Shown piece after piece: positions 4,846 to 4,989 of a stretch of 4,989 nucleotides of DNA (within the stretch, counting starts at the first letter, position 1; the number at the start of each line of letters is the position of its first letter). Location: the IMG/VR virus record IMGVR_UViG_2698536458_000008, positions 1-4,989 of that record, one strand, 5' to 3'. The notes beneath the pieces were generated by a model, which worked only from the letters and a program-made list of their open reading frames with translations, was not told where the DNA came from and made no database searches. Both the position numbers and the translations under genes were made by a program. This DNA is from a virus. Lineage: Duplodnaviria > Heunggongvirae > Uroviricota > Caudoviricetes.

Positions 4846-4989
4846 ACAAAAACCTACATAAAAATTACGTATATAAACTTTTCTCTTAGCTGTAGATATA
4901 TGAGATCGGATATTACTTAGATTCTTTTTCACCTCTTAAATTAAAAACACAACCATGCTGGTAATGACTCCAACTTATTGATAGTGTTT

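Noticed and set aside
4846-4932. Longer 98-aa version of the AlpA-like ORF starting at GTG 4932
   Set aside because: AlpA/Vis-family proteins are about 70 aa; the extra 29 residues (MKKNLSNIRSHISTAKRKVYIRNFYVGFC) overlie the AT-rich promoter region. Start at ATG 4845 preferred, though the longer form is not fully excluded.

Overview
This window reads as the replication and regulation core of an integrated P4-like satellite or PICI-type mobile element from an enterobacterial genome. Nearly everything is on the minus strand and looks like one tightly packed operon (Shine-Dalgarno sites, ATGA start/stop overlaps): an AlpA/Vis-family regulator (4845->4636), a possible Icd-like small protein (3784->3587), two small unknown proteins (3594->3274 and 3267->2913, the latter interrupted by a 48-N run), a 600-aa D5-like SF3 helicase 'P4-family primase' (2916->1114), an iteron-type origin built from TGTTCACC octamers (855-1084), an 81-aa unknown protein (810->565), an SSB-family protein (568->146) and a rho-independent terminator (131->104). 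The main exception is a plus-strand module between AlpA and the early operon: a ribbon-helix-helix (Arc-like) protein (3985-4290) preceded by GGTATTCAC operator-like repeats, followed by a doubtful 58-aa basic ORF, a 15-bp palindrome and a terminator. I regard this oppositely oriented RHH module and the accessory SSB pair beyond the origin as the parts most worth follow-up. All calls are from reading the sequence and ORF track by eye; no database search was run, so every family assignment is provisional.
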